From contig CAZOZN010000004.1 in the NCBI GenBank assembly GCA_964584335.1, positions 37,248-101,247 on the forward strand: a stretch of 64,000 nt of DNA, written 5' to 3'. The notes below the pieces were generated by a model that saw only the letters and a list, made by a program, of their open reading frames with translations, searched no databases and was not told the DNA's origin. The position numbers were made by a program, and so were the translations under genes. Positions 46,701 through 55,701 of this stretch are shown here, piece after piece; the first letter of the stretch is position 1, and every line of letters starts with the position of its first letter. The stretch comes from an uncultured archaeon (GTDB lineage: Archaea; Aenigmatarchaeota; Aenigmatarchaeia; PWEA01; JAGHBM01).

Positions 46701-47832
46701 TTGCGAGGATGGAAATGTTAATGAATGGTCTGCTTTAGGACCTCATGTTAGCATAGAATCCAGTGACTCGGTAAAGTATACAGGAAGCTATTCAATAAAG
46801 GGACGTTTCTGGCCCACCGGCTCAGACAGCGACAGAAACAACTATTCAAGGCCCATAAGTTTTGGCGATAACCAGGCATTTGAGATGTGGTGGTACGTTG
46901 ATGACTTTTCAGATACACATGACTGGTGCCATCCGGGTGGAACATCTTTTCAGTTAGAAAACAGCACGGGACAGCAGTTTGTTTGGTTTACTCCATACAG
47001 GAGAAGGTTGGAATCCGGTTCTTGTTCACAGGAATGTCCGGGGGAGTATGTAATAAATGGCGATGGTTACTGTGACGGATATGATGTTTACGATGGTACC
47101 GGTTCTAGCCCCGGTTCGGATAACCACGGTAACGAATGGCACCGTACTGTAATTGATAATATAGACTGGAACTCAGAGACTTTCGATGCTTATTTGTATA
47201 ACCAGTCCGGTCAACTGGTTTACAATATAACAGGTATTTCTTTTTCTATTCCAGGTTCCAAGTACCCTACCAGAATATTTCGTCATATGAGTGACTGGGC
47301 TGATGATGACGAGACAATTTACATTGACAATATTTTGGTTAGAAAGTATAATTCTTCTAATCCCCTTGTGACAATAGGAGAGCAAAAGAATTATTATCCC
47401 GGATGGCGTAATGATACTTGGACTTCTTTCCCGAGCGGCGGGACACAAGATTGGTCCAATGTGACTAAAGTAATTAACTCTACTGTAGGCTCGGTAGTAG
47501 CCTGGATAATTTATGCAAATGACACGGGGGGTAACTGGAATACTTCTTTTGCGTATTCTTTTGTTACAACCGGAGTTCCTCCGGTTTCATTTAATTTTAC
47601 AGGTAAAATTTTGTTCTGGAGAAATGCTACCCCAGTTTCAGGTGCCTCTATAACAGGCAAGGTCTATGATGGAATTGAACTGCTTGAAGAGGATACAGAT
47701 ATAACAGGACCTTCTGGTAATTATCATCTTGATTTTTATTATGATTTCGAGGAAAATAAGAGATACCTTGCCAATATAACTGTGACCAAGGGATCTTATC
47801 GGTCTTATTTAAAACATTACTTCAGGTTGTAA
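43744..47832 (+). CDS. Large secreted surface glycoprotein/adhesin with four split repeats and a DUF2341-like insert
   Basis: Signal peptide, then four P.Y.DNSTNST...LRWTD...W.ND.W...DWSNVTK units, D.R......YWVE.W...IWF...IYY and many N-x-S/T sequons. Confidence 0.88.
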   Translation: MALSMRDFLYFVLGLVVLSSVLVLAVDTEKPKYFDNSTNSTLAGEPVEFRLRWTDNQSLGGYIFSLCNGSWNGTRCNSGTTFDGICYQETVNDSDPNDGDCDIFYDGVYSFGGGYSDPENLTDGDWNTYTESDLGGSYIYMNYTKPKGAIGAEWQVKDGKNTSNLTIPFNCLEQDILWLSALSSQSALPPFTYGSRWSCYNGTDWKVLKEAGIDRIEYHYIYEEAVFWEISSERWKNDTWVGEGFSGNEDWSNVTKSINSTIGSGIAWKVYANDSSDNWNSSSVYSFSAENDVPAYWDNSTNSTVAGNPVEFSLRWTDNQGLSGYIFSLCNGSWNGTSCGDEETYYSLCYQETANESDASDGSCDLEYTGAYSCNNEWNSGYPCSDVIDGNWSTFGVDVDEGMGGDPSYVWINYTKPSGALSSSLWQIEDSDNNQNLTFSSTYLSCWDFSDNVLMLRGMSQVDGPSSSGIWSCYNGTDWIVMVGSPFGANLYEESMIWNVSSSGSGWQNDTWTDESGGFSGTEDWSNVTKVVNYTVGSGVAWRIYVNDTLGYWGDSQIYSFTTTGNELPKYFDNSTNSTEGCEPVEFSLRWTDDYGLSGYVFSLCNGTWNGTYCGGGFPGGFCYQETTNNSESGDGYCDLSYSGKYYFSGVWYDSVKTFDGNWSNFGSSLVGGYMYVNYTKPYNALNTSIWKTKNDDQEKNYSISNYSDCWAQNPLQFRIYSEVMSGILEIDCMNSTGWYNIFSGYSGGIVYEEAMLWNVSTHDGWSNDSWTDESGGFAGTEDWSNVTKTTNCTEGSGIAWRFYANDTYGAWNFSEIYFFNTEIDYSPKYFDNSTNSTLSGNPTEFRLRWTDDDGLSGYIFSLCNGTWNGTHCGRETEDWWNTSFNKCQDLVLSSSVNDYQYRVVLNNTNFNYSYSKGNDIRIINAPCNNGGEEMKYWVENWNESKESVIWFRGDNSSTTAYSIYYNYSQAKNKSNGTETFNFFDGCEDGNVNEWSALGPHVSIESSDSVKYTGSYSIKGRFWPTGSDSDRNNYSRPISFGDNQAFEMWWYVDDFSDTHDWCHPGGTSFQLENSTGQQFVWFTPYRRRLESGSCSQECPGEYVINGDGYCDGYDVYDGTGSSPGSDNHGNEWHRTVIDNIDWNSETFDAYLYNQSGQLVYNITGISFSIPGSKYPTRIFRHMSDWADDDETIYIDNILVRKYNSSNPLVTIGEQKNYYPGWRNDTWTSFPSGGTQDWSNVTKVINSTVGSVVAWIIYANDTGGNWNTSFAYSFVTTGVPPVSFNFTGKILFWRNATPVSGASITGKVYDGIELLEEDTDITGPSGNYHLDFYYDFEENKRYLANITVTKGSYRSYLKHYFRL

Positions 47833-47834
47833 TT

Positions 47835-48380
47835 ATGGATAAAAAAGGAGTTTCGGTTTTTATCTCTCATGTAATAGCAATAGCGATATTGTTTGTGGTA
47901 CTTACAGTGGTTTCTTCACAATTGTACAGTTATTATTATGACATAAAAGAGGAGTCCCAAAGGTCCCAGTCAAGAATACTTTCACAAAAACTTTCTGATA
48001 ATATAATAACTCTATATACTAATTATAAAAATTCTGATTACATTCCGAAAGAGGGTAATGAAACTTTATCTGAGATTTTTGTTAATGTACCTGATAAAAT
48101 TTCCGGTAATAACTACGAGCTATCATTAATTAGTCATAGTAAATTATGGGTTGATGGTTATTTTGAAAATGAAACTACTTATCAGAATAAAAGGCCTTAT
48201 GCAATGGTCAGAGTGGAAACCGAGGGAAACCCTTCTAATGTTTTTGATTATCCTATATATAATGTCATTATTGATTTGGATGGTTCAGTGAGAAGGGCAA
48301 CTAAAATAAGGTTATCTTATGTGAGGGAGAACATAAATGGGAATAAGAAAGATTCAATAAAACTGGAGAGGATTTTTTGA
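47835..48380 (+). CDS. Pilin-like protein (class III signal peptide)
   Basis: MDKKG|VSVFISH followed by a hydrophobic helix. Confidence 0.8.
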   Translation: MDKKGVSVFISHVIAIAILFVVLTVVSSQLYSYYYDIKEESQRSQSRILSQKLSDNIITLYTNYKNSDYIPKEGNETLSEIFVNVPDKISGNNYELSLISHSKLWVDGYFENETTYQNKRPYAMVRVETEGNPSNVFDYPIYNVIIDLDGSVRRATKIRLSYVRENINGNKKDSIKLERIF

Positions 48381-49195
48381 TATCTAGAAAGGGGTTTAAT
48401 CAGATAGATTTGGTATTTTCTTTAATGACCATAATATTTGTTGTCTTCCTGAGTATTTACTATTCTTCTCATCATTTGAGTCCTTCTATAAACAAGGCAA
48501 GTTCTATTGAAATAAAACAAGCTGCAGCAGGCTTAAGCGAGACTGTTTTTAATGATATTGGTATACCAAGTGACTGGCAATGGAGAAGTAATTTTGTTAA
48601 GCCAAGTTTGGGTTCCTATATTTACAGGGTCGATGTTCATCTCAGTGAGTGGAACGGGACCAGCGATAATTACTTTGTATCTGTTTTTGTTGATACTGAC
48701 GAAAACGCATACAACTCTTCGATAATAGTTTATGATGGTAACCAAACTGTTGATACTGAATTGAAGGATATTGAGGATGTTGACTCAGATGGGTTTTTGG
48801 AAGGAGTTAATATTACATTTGAAGTTTTTGTTCCTTCAAACGAAGAAAAAATTATCAACATATTTTACTCAAGAGATAACATGACATCAGTTTCATACCA
48901 AAGTCTAATTGAATCGGAAAATACTCTTAATGTCACAAGCTTTCTTCCGGAAAAGAGAATAGGGTTAACGGAATCAAAATTAAGTAGGATTTCTAACATT
49001 AGTTTAAGCGATTCAAGAGAAAAATTTGGTTTGGAATTTCCTTTTTTGCTTAGGGTAAGGGGAAATGGCATAGATTGGTCTTATGGTTATAACAATACAG
49101 GTGGCGGGACTTCTTTAAATGAGAGAAAATTAATTTATCAAAACAGCACGGGCCACATAAAAAGTGTTAGTGCGATTGCTTATGTCTGGAGATAA
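48377..49195 (+). CDS. Pilin-like protein
   Basis: SRKG|FNQIDL followed by a hydrophobic helix and a G.P.DW motif. Confidence 0.8.
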   Translation: MISRKGFNQIDLVFSLMTIIFVVFLSIYYSSHHLSPSINKASSIEIKQAAAGLSETVFNDIGIPSDWQWRSNFVKPSLGSYIYRVDVHLSEWNGTSDNYFVSVFVDTDENAYNSSIIVYDGNQTVDTELKDIEDVDSDGFLEGVNITFEVFVPSNEEKIINIFYSRDNMTSVSYQSLIESENTLNVTSFLPEKRIGLTESKLSRISNISLSDSREKFGLEFPFLLRVRGNGIDWSYGYNNTGGGTSLNERKLIYQNSTGHIKSVSAIAYVWR

Positions 49196-49565
49196 AGGTA
49201 TGTCTTTTACGCTGGAGGCCGTTATAGCAGGTCTTATGATAGTAACTACAATGCTTTTCTTGTTCAAGGCACCCAATTTGCCTGAAGGTTATGAGATGGG
49301 GGTTTCTGAAAGAGGTTATAACTGCCTGAAGTCTTTGGATGACAGCGGTTTTTTAAGGCCTAATGCCATTATTAATGACACAACGGCAATAGAAAATAGT
49401 CTAAGTGACTGTCTTGGCGGCATTAATTATACTGTCCAGGTTTGCAGGAGCAAGTGCACCAATTCCTTTATCCCGCAAAATACTACTGTAGTGGTTTCTA
49501 ATTATTTTCTGGCTGGCAACCTGGATTTGGATCCCATTAAAGTTAAGTTAAGTATGTGGTTGTAA
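49182..49565 (+). CDS. Pilin-like protein
   Basis: MSGDKG|MSFTLEAVIA. Confidence 0.8.
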   Translation: MSGDKGMSFTLEAVIAGLMIVTTMLFLFKAPNLPEGYEMGVSERGYNCLKSLDDSGFLRPNAIINDTTAIENSLSDCLGGINYTVQVCRSKCTNSFIPQNTTVVVSNYFLAGNLDLDPIKVKLSMWL

Positions 49566-50164
49566 TGAATAGAAAAAACAACAAAGGTCAAGTTTTGATA
49601 ATAATGGCTATTATAGTCATAATAGTACTTTTTCTTATAAAAACTGAAGCATCTTTTGTAAGCAGCTACGATTTTTCAGAATCTAAAAACTTAAACACAT
49701 TTGATAATATCAGGAATGAATTGAAGAATTCGGGTAAGATATCTATATGGAAAGATAATTATAACGAGATATATGAGTTCTCTAATTTTGTTGAAGGCGA
49801 AAACGACTTGAATTTATTTTATTGTGTTTCGGATTTCAGAGATCCAAATCTTAATATAACAATAACCAATTTCCTTGGAAAGCCTGTTTGGGATGTTAAT
49901 ATAAGTCAGAATCTTACAGACGAAAGCGATGTTATAGATAATCTTGCAAACGAAGAATATGATTATGTTGATTTTTCTTGGTCCGGAAGTGAGACAAATT
50001 TTGAAATTAATGTTACCTATAATTGTTCGGATGGTTTGGTTAGTAATACTTTTTATGCAAAAGCCGGTACTTTAAAATATTTTACTGTTTTTTACGACTT
50101 AAAAATGAGCTACGGAGAATCATACCTTAAAGATAAATTCTCTGTTTCTTCTGTTAGAGCTTGA
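49565..50164 (+). CDS. Pilin-like protein
   Basis: MNRKNNKG|QVLIIMAI. Confidence 0.8.
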   Translation: MNRKNNKGQVLIIMAIIVIIVLFLIKTEASFVSSYDFSESKNLNTFDNIRNELKNSGKISIWKDNYNEIYEFSNFVEGENDLNLFYCVSDFRDPNLNITITNFLGKPVWDVNISQNLTDESDVIDNLANEEYDYVDFSWSGSETNFEINVTYNCSDGLVSNTFYAKAGTLKYFTVFYDLKMSYGESYLKDKFSVSSVRA

Positions 50165-50207
50165 ATATGGAATCTATTTAAATAGAAATAGGGAAAATTA
50201 AAACGAT

Positions 50208-50669
50208 ATGTCAAGAAAAGGTATAAGCCCCCTAATAGCAGCAATTCTTTTGATAGCTTTTACAATAACCGTAGCTACGTTCCTTGCATCTTGGTCTACT
50301 ACGTTTGCCAAGTCAAAAACCGAGGAGTTTACTAGAGCCGGAGAGGAAATATCTTCGAATTGCCAGTACGCTAATCTTCAGGTTGAAACTGCGGTTTACA
50401 ACAGCAACGATGACAGTATAGCTGCTGTAGTTTGGAATATGGGTAAAACAGACCTCTCGGAATTTGAATTTCTTGTTTATTATTCAGATGTTAATATATC
50501 AACTCTAACACCTTCAGATACCAATGAAACACTTTCCACTGGTGATTTTCATACCTTTACGGTAGATGGTGTTTCATCACCCCCCGAAAAATTGCAGGTT
50601 AGAAGTAAATACTGCCCGAGAGAATCTATATTTACCTGCGTGTATTCTACCGGAAAGTTCAATTGTTAA
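50208..50669 (+). CDS. Archaeal type IV pilin (major-pilin-like)
   Basis: MSRKG|ISPLIAAILLIAFTI. Confidence 0.9.
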   Translation: MSRKGISPLIAAILLIAFTITVATFLASWSTTFAKSKTEEFTRAGEEISSNCQYANLQVETAVYNSNDDSIAAVVWNMGKTDLSEFEFLVYYSDVNISTLTPSDTNETLSTGDFHTFTVDGVSSPPEKLQVRSKYCPRESIFTCVYSTGKFNC

Positions 50670-50696
50670 TTTATTTATTCGGTTACTATATTAATT

Positions 50697-51164
50697 ATGC
50701 CAAAAAAAGGAATATCCCCGTTAATAGCAACGATACTTTTGATAGCTTTTGTTATAGCTGTCGGAGGAATACTTTCCGGATGGTTGGTATCATTTTCAAA
50801 GGAAAGAACTCAGGAGGCTGCCACAAAAGGAGAGACTGATATAAAATGTTCTTACGCCAGTCTTTACGTGTCCGATGCCAACTGCAACTCAACCAAGAAG
50901 ACAATCTCTTTAATAGCTGAGAATACCGGAAACCAGGACCTTTCAGATTTTACTTTAACAGTGATTTATGTTAATAATAGTGTTTCGAATATCGGTTTAG
51001 GGCCTTCTTCTGTCATACTTTATCCGGGTGATGTTGAAAATTTCTATAACGGAACTGAGACAGTTATATGCAATAACATAAGCAAGATAATTTTTAAGTC
51101 AGATACTTGTCCCGTTGATGCCAGAGACAGTTTAGATAAAAATGATATTGATATAGTTTCCTGA
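50697..51164 (+). CDS. Archaeal type IV pilin (paralog of the preceding gene)
   Basis: MPKKG|ISPLIATILLIAFV, with a shared C-Y-A-x-L motif and a C-terminal CP. Confidence 0.9.
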   Translation: MPKKGISPLIATILLIAFVIAVGGILSGWLVSFSKERTQEAATKGETDIKCSYASLYVSDANCNSTKKTISLIAENTGNQDLSDFTLTVIYVNNSVSNIGLGPSSVILYPGDVENFYNGTETVICNNISKIIFKSDTCPVDARDSLDKNDIDIVS

Positions 51165-51173
51165 TGATTTTTT

Positions 51174-51665
51174 ATGTTTGGAAAAAAAGGAGTTAATCCT
51201 TTCATAGCTTTTATTTTTGTTGTAATGATATCAATTTCAGTCACTATCATAATAATAAGAACCTGGGATTATAACCTTAATGAGTCACAAGATTATTTTA
51301 TTCTCAATGAAGCAAAGGGTACAATAAAAACAATGGATTCTTCCATAAAGGAGGTTGTTTATGAGGGTGAAGGTTCTTCTAGAAAAATTTCTTTTACCGT
51401 GAGCCAGGGAGAGTATAGAATTTCTTCTGTTAACAATTCTATAAAATTTATTTTGCATAGTGAAGATAATGTTTTTTCAAAAGGCACAAAAAAAGAAGGC
51501 AATTTTTATATTATAACTAAAAATAACAGTTTGGAGTTGAAATTAAATTACACTAACATAGATATTGTCAGTGATGAGAGGCTTTCCAGGGGAAGTTATA
51601 ATTTTATAGTTAAGAACAACGGCACTTCTTCTGGCAAAAGCAAGCTGATTTTTAGTTTAGTTTGA
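51174..51665 (+). CDS. Pilin-like protein
   Basis: MFGKKG|VNPFIA and V.YEG.GSSR motif. Confidence 0.8.
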   Translation: MFGKKGVNPFIAFIFVVMISISVTIIIIRTWDYNLNESQDYFILNEAKGTIKTMDSSIKEVVYEGEGSSRKISFTVSQGEYRISSVNNSIKFILHSEDNVFSKGTKKEGNFYIITKNNSLELKLNYTNIDIVSDERLSRGSYNFIVKNNGTSSGKSKLIFSLV

Positions 51666-51696
51666 TTTTTATAAAATATATTACAAAAATAATATC

Positions 51697-52185
51697 ATGA
51701 AAAAAGCAATGAGCCCATTCATTTCTTTAGTTTTGGTAGTTTCTATTTCGATAGCGGGAATAGTTTTAGTTTTGAGAATGGGAGGGCCTCTTCTTGAAAA
51801 GACTGAAGATTTTTCCAGATTTTCAGAATCTAAAGAATTTCTAAATCAATTGAACTCAGCTGTAAAGGATGTATCTTATGAAGGAAACGGAAGTTCAAGA
51901 ATAGTTACCTTTGTTTCGAGTGGTGGTGTTTACAGAGTATCTTCTTTGTATGATACAGTAACTTATGAAATGACAAGCAAATATGATTTATTTTCAGAAA
52001 ATCTTTCTAAAAAAGAAGGGGATATTAATATAAAATTTCAAAACAAAACGCTTTTAATGTCCCTGAATTATACAAAAATGGATATAATTGAAGATGAAAG
52101 ATGGTCTAGCGGGCAATACAGCATCATGGTTAAAAATAATGGATATTATCAAAATAAGACAATGATAGACATTTTTGTAATTTAA
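51697..52185 (+). CDS. Pilin-like protein (paralog of the preceding gene)
   Basis: MKKA|MSPFIS, V.YEG.GSSR and LNYT..DI..DER motifs. Confidence 0.8.
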   Translation: MKKAMSPFISLVLVVSISIAGIVLVLRMGGPLLEKTEDFSRFSESKEFLNQLNSAVKDVSYEGNGSSRIVTFVSSGGVYRVSSLYDTVTYEMTSKYDLFSENLSKKEGDINIKFQNKTLLMSLNYTKMDIIEDERWSSGQYSIMVKNNGYYQNKTMIDIFVI

Positions 52186-52230
52186 AATTTGAAATTATAA
52201 TAAAAGTAAATATAAATATAAAGTGGTAGA

Positions 52231-53529
52231 ATGTACGATAAAAAAATACAACAGGGTTTAAAAAAGAAAAAAATAGAAGTCGGAGATGAGATAGAGGTTG
52301 TAAAAAAGGATAAGTCTTACTCGGGAATATTAATGCCGAGAATAGACATGGGTGACAGAAGTTCTATCGTTTTAAAGCTAAAAAACGGGTACAATATTGG
52401 TTTGAAATATTCAAAGGATGTTGAAATAAAACTCTTATCAAAGCTTAAAAAGAAAAGTAAAGACACTAAAAAAACTATAATACATGACAAGAAAAAACCG
52501 ATTATTTCTATCCTTTCTATGGGAGGAACAATAGCGTCAAAGGTTGATTACAAAACAGGGGGAGTAATACCAAGTTTTACAGCCGAAGATTTGGTTGAAT
52601 CTATACCCGAGTTAGCTGAAATAGCCAACATACATGGCAGACAAATAGAAAATATACTTTCCGGTAATATGAAATTTTCGGATTATAAGAAACTCATAAA
52701 TGAGATAAAAAAGGAACTGAAGAAAAACTGCGAAGGCATAATAATAACTCATGGAACTGATACGATGCATTACACTTCTTCCGCCCTTGCTTTTGCTTTG
52801 GAGGATTTGCCTGTTCCCGTAATTTTAGTCGGTTCCCAGAGGTCAAGCGACAGGGCTTCTTCGGACGGCCCTCTAAACTTGATATGCGCTGCTCAGTTTA
52901 TAGTCAACTCTGATTTTGGTGAAGTTGGTTTATGCATGCATGCTACAGAGAGCGATGATTTCTGTTTAATATACCCTGCCTGTAAAACCAGAAAGATGCA
53001 TACCAGTTGCAGAGATGCTTTTAGGTCTGTTAACACAGAGCCGTGGGGTTTAGTTTCTCCGGACGGTAAGATAAAATTCTTTAAGAAAGACTACAAAAGG
53101 ATGGACAAGAAGAGAAAAATTAAGATAAAAAACAAATTCTGTGAGGATGTTGCTATTCTTAAGGTGCACCCGAATATGAGTCCGAATATTTTTGATTTCT
53201 TAACGAAATCTGGATGTAAGGGATTAGTTCTTGAGGGAACAGGTCTGGGCCATGCTCCGTATTATGTAAGGGATTCTATAAGGAAATTCATAAAGAAGGG
53301 AATAGTTGTTATGACATCACAATGTCTTAATGGGAGGATAAACATGAATGTCTATTCCTATGGAAGAAGATTGGAAGAGATGGGTGTGTTAAATGGAAAT
53401 GACATGCTTCCCGAGACAGCATTTATAAAGTTGTCTTGGCTTTTGGGGAATTGTGATGACAGGGATGAAGTAGAGAAACTTATGTTAAAGAATCTTAGAG
53501 GCGAGATAAATGAAAGATCTGAATTTTAG
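52231..53529 (+). CDS. gatD: Glu-tRNA(Gln) amidotransferase subunit D
   Basis: KL.NGYNIG, GGTIAS.VDY.TG, HGTDT, GSQRSSDR and KMHTS motifs. Confidence 0.97.
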   Translation: MYDKKIQQGLKKKKIEVGDEIEVVKKDKSYSGILMPRIDMGDRSSIVLKLKNGYNIGLKYSKDVEIKLLSKLKKKSKDTKKTIIHDKKKPIISILSMGGTIASKVDYKTGGVIPSFTAEDLVESIPELAEIANIHGRQIENILSGNMKFSDYKKLINEIKKELKKNCEGIIITHGTDTMHYTSSALAFALEDLPVPVILVGSQRSSDRASSDGPLNLICAAQFIVNSDFGEVGLCMHATESDDFCLIYPACKTRKMHTSCRDAFRSVNTEPWGLVSPDGKIKFFKKDYKRMDKKRKIKIKNKFCEDVAILKVHPNMSPNIFDFLTKSGCKGLVLEGTGLGHAPYYVRDSIRKFIKKGIVVMTSQCLNGRINMNVYSYGRRLEEMGVLNGNDMLPETAFIKLSWLLGNCDDRDEVEKLMLKNLRGEINERSEF

Positions 53530-55354
53530 AGGGCTTGGTTTCAAAGCCGGGATAGAAATACACCAACAACTTGAAACCCATAAGCTTTTTTGTAATTGCT
53601 TGTCTATGGTTACGGAAGACGAGTCAGTTAACAGCTTTGAAAGAAGATTGAGACCTGTTGTCGGGGAGACAGGAGAAATCGACAGAGCCGCTATTTTTGA
53701 GTCTCTTAGAAAAAAAGATTTCGTTTATCGTGTATACAGGGACAAGTCTTGTCTTGTTGAAGGTGACGAGGAACCGCCTCATGACGTAAACAGCGAAGCA
53801 TTTGAGACTTCTTTGCAGGCTGCTACTATTCTTGAGTGTGAAATTCCGGATGAAATACACTTCATGAGAAAGACTGTTATAGACGGCTCGAACACATCAG
53901 GTTTTCAGAGGACTGCCATAGTAGGCCTTAATGGTTTTTTGGATACTTCTAAAGGAAGGGTCGGAATAACTAACGTATGTCTGGAGGAGGAGGCCGCAAG
54001 AATAATTGAGAGGAAAGAAAATAAGGTTTTTTATGGTCTTGATAGATTGGGAATACCTCTTATAGAAATAGGAACAGCCCCTGATATAAAGAGTCCCTCT
54101 CATGCTAGAGAAGTCGCAGAGAAAATAGGAATGCTTCTTCGTGCTACAGGAAAAGTAAAGAGAGGCATAGGAACAATAAGACAGGATGTTAATGTTTCTA
54201 TTGCTGACGGTGCAAGAATAGAAATAAAGGGAATGCAGGACTTAAAGCTTATAGAGAAGACAGTAGAAGCTGAAGTCGAGAGGCAAGTTTCTCTTCTAGA
54301 AATTAAAAAGGAATTAATTGGCAGGGAAACCGAGATAGATAATGAAATATTGGATGTTACTCTTTTATTCAAAAACACAAAGAACGGCATGATATCAAAA
54401 ATGATAGATAAGGGCAAGGGAGTTTTTGCTTTCAAGTTAAAAGGTTTTGGGGGTTTGCTTAGGAGGGTACTGTGCTTGGATAAGACATTTGGCAAGGAAC
54501 TTTCCGAGTACGCAAAACCTTATGGAGTTAAGGGATTTATACACTCTGACGAAGATTTAGGAAAGTATAATCTTACCAGAGAATTTTTAAAACTAAAAAA
54601 AGATTTCAACTTCACAAAAAATGATGTTATAGGTATTGTAATAGAGAGCGAAGAAAAATCAAAGAAAGCATGTGCTGCAATATTAAACAGGGCCGAGTTT
54701 GCTATTAAAGGTGTTCCTGAAGAGACTAGAGCTGCGAACCCAGACCTCACTACTTCTTATTTGAGACCTTTGCCTGGTGGTGCTAGAATGTATCCGGAAA
54801 CAGACGTAAAACCGATAGAAGTGACAGAGGAAATGATTGATGTAGAAATACCAAAAACATTCGAGGAAAGAAAGGAAATATTCATGGATTTGGGACTTTC
54901 AGAGGACTTGGCCAATCAGATGGTAAAGTCAAGGTACCTGGGTCTTTTTGAGGAATTGGAAGGTGATTTAAATTACCCAAGAGTTGCTGATATACTTTTG
55001 AATACTTTAAAGGATTTAAAGAGAAGTGGTGTTGATGTAGATAAAATAAAGAGGGGATCTTTGAAGAGGATGTTTAAAAAATTGTATGACATAAACAATG
55101 AAGCAGTGCCCAATATACTCAAGAGGCTTTCTGAGGGAAAAGAATTTGAAGATGCTTTAAATTCTATAGAATCTATAAATATAAGAGAACTCGACTTAAT
55201 AATAGATAGTTGCCTTGACAGGGACTTGATAAAGAGAGAAGGGAAAGATTCTTTCAAAAAGCTAATGGGGCCCGTTATGAACAAAGTCAGGGGAAAAATA
55301 GACGGAAATATCGTTGCGGAAAGATTAAAAAAGAAGATAGATGATTTAACATGA
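53510..55354 (+). CDS. gatE: Glu-tRNA(Gln) amidotransferase subunit E
   Basis: G.EIHQQL, DGSNTSGFQRT, GTIRQD.N.SI and RMYPETD motifs. Confidence 0.97.
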   Translation: MKDLNFRGLGFKAGIEIHQQLETHKLFCNCLSMVTEDESVNSFERRLRPVVGETGEIDRAAIFESLRKKDFVYRVYRDKSCLVEGDEEPPHDVNSEAFETSLQAATILECEIPDEIHFMRKTVIDGSNTSGFQRTAIVGLNGFLDTSKGRVGITNVCLEEEAARIIERKENKVFYGLDRLGIPLIEIGTAPDIKSPSHAREVAEKIGMLLRATGKVKRGIGTIRQDVNVSIADGARIEIKGMQDLKLIEKTVEAEVERQVSLLEIKKELIGRETEIDNEILDVTLLFKNTKNGMISKMIDKGKGVFAFKLKGFGGLLRRVLCLDKTFGKELSEYAKPYGVKGFIHSDEDLGKYNLTREFLKLKKDFNFTKNDVIGIVIESEEKSKKACAAILNRAEFAIKGVPEETRAANPDLTTSYLRPLPGGARMYPETDVKPIEVTEEMIDVEIPKTFEERKEIFMDLGLSEDLANQMVKSRYLGLFEELEGDLNYPRVADILLNTLKDLKRSGVDVDKIKRGSLKRMFKKLYDINNEAVPNILKRLSEGKEFEDALNSIESINIRELDLIIDSCLDRDLIKREGKDSFKKLMGPVMNKVRGKIDGNIVAERLKKKIDDLT

Positions 55355-55701
55355 TGATAAGTGTACATTCTGTTTCAAATCTTTTGATAATGCTTTTTAG
55401 GGGCGTAATTTTAAGCACCATGGCTATTATAGTTTCTATGATTATTCTCAGGACAGGAACCGACTATAAAAGAGCCTTTATTTCTTCGGTAATAATAAAT
55501 GTTTTAATTGGTTATGTTCTTGTGAATATCTATTTGCCGATACCTTATTTTTCCTACGTTCTTGAAGCTATAACATGGATTGTCGTTTTAAAATTAGTTT
55601 TGAGGACTTCGATGCAGAATTCATTTAAAATAGGAATATTGGCCTACATAATAAACATGCCTTTAGTATACGGCATCGGTTTCTTGATGGGATTTATTTA
55701 G
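55351..55701 (+). CDS. Small integral membrane protein
   Basis: About 4 hydrophobic segments. Start overlaps the gatE stop. Confidence 0.7.
   Translation: MMISVHSVSNLLIMLFRGVILSTMAIIVSMIILRTGTDYKRAFISSVIINVLIGYVLVNIYLPIPYFSYVLEAITWIVVLKLVLRTSMQNSFKIGILAYIINMPLVYGIGFLMGFI

Noticed and set aside
43834-47560. Long DNA repeats as template/variable repeats of a diversity-generating retroelement
   Set aside because: The repeats are in-frame protein domains, no adenine-specific pattern is apparent by eye, and there is no reverse transcriptase in the window.
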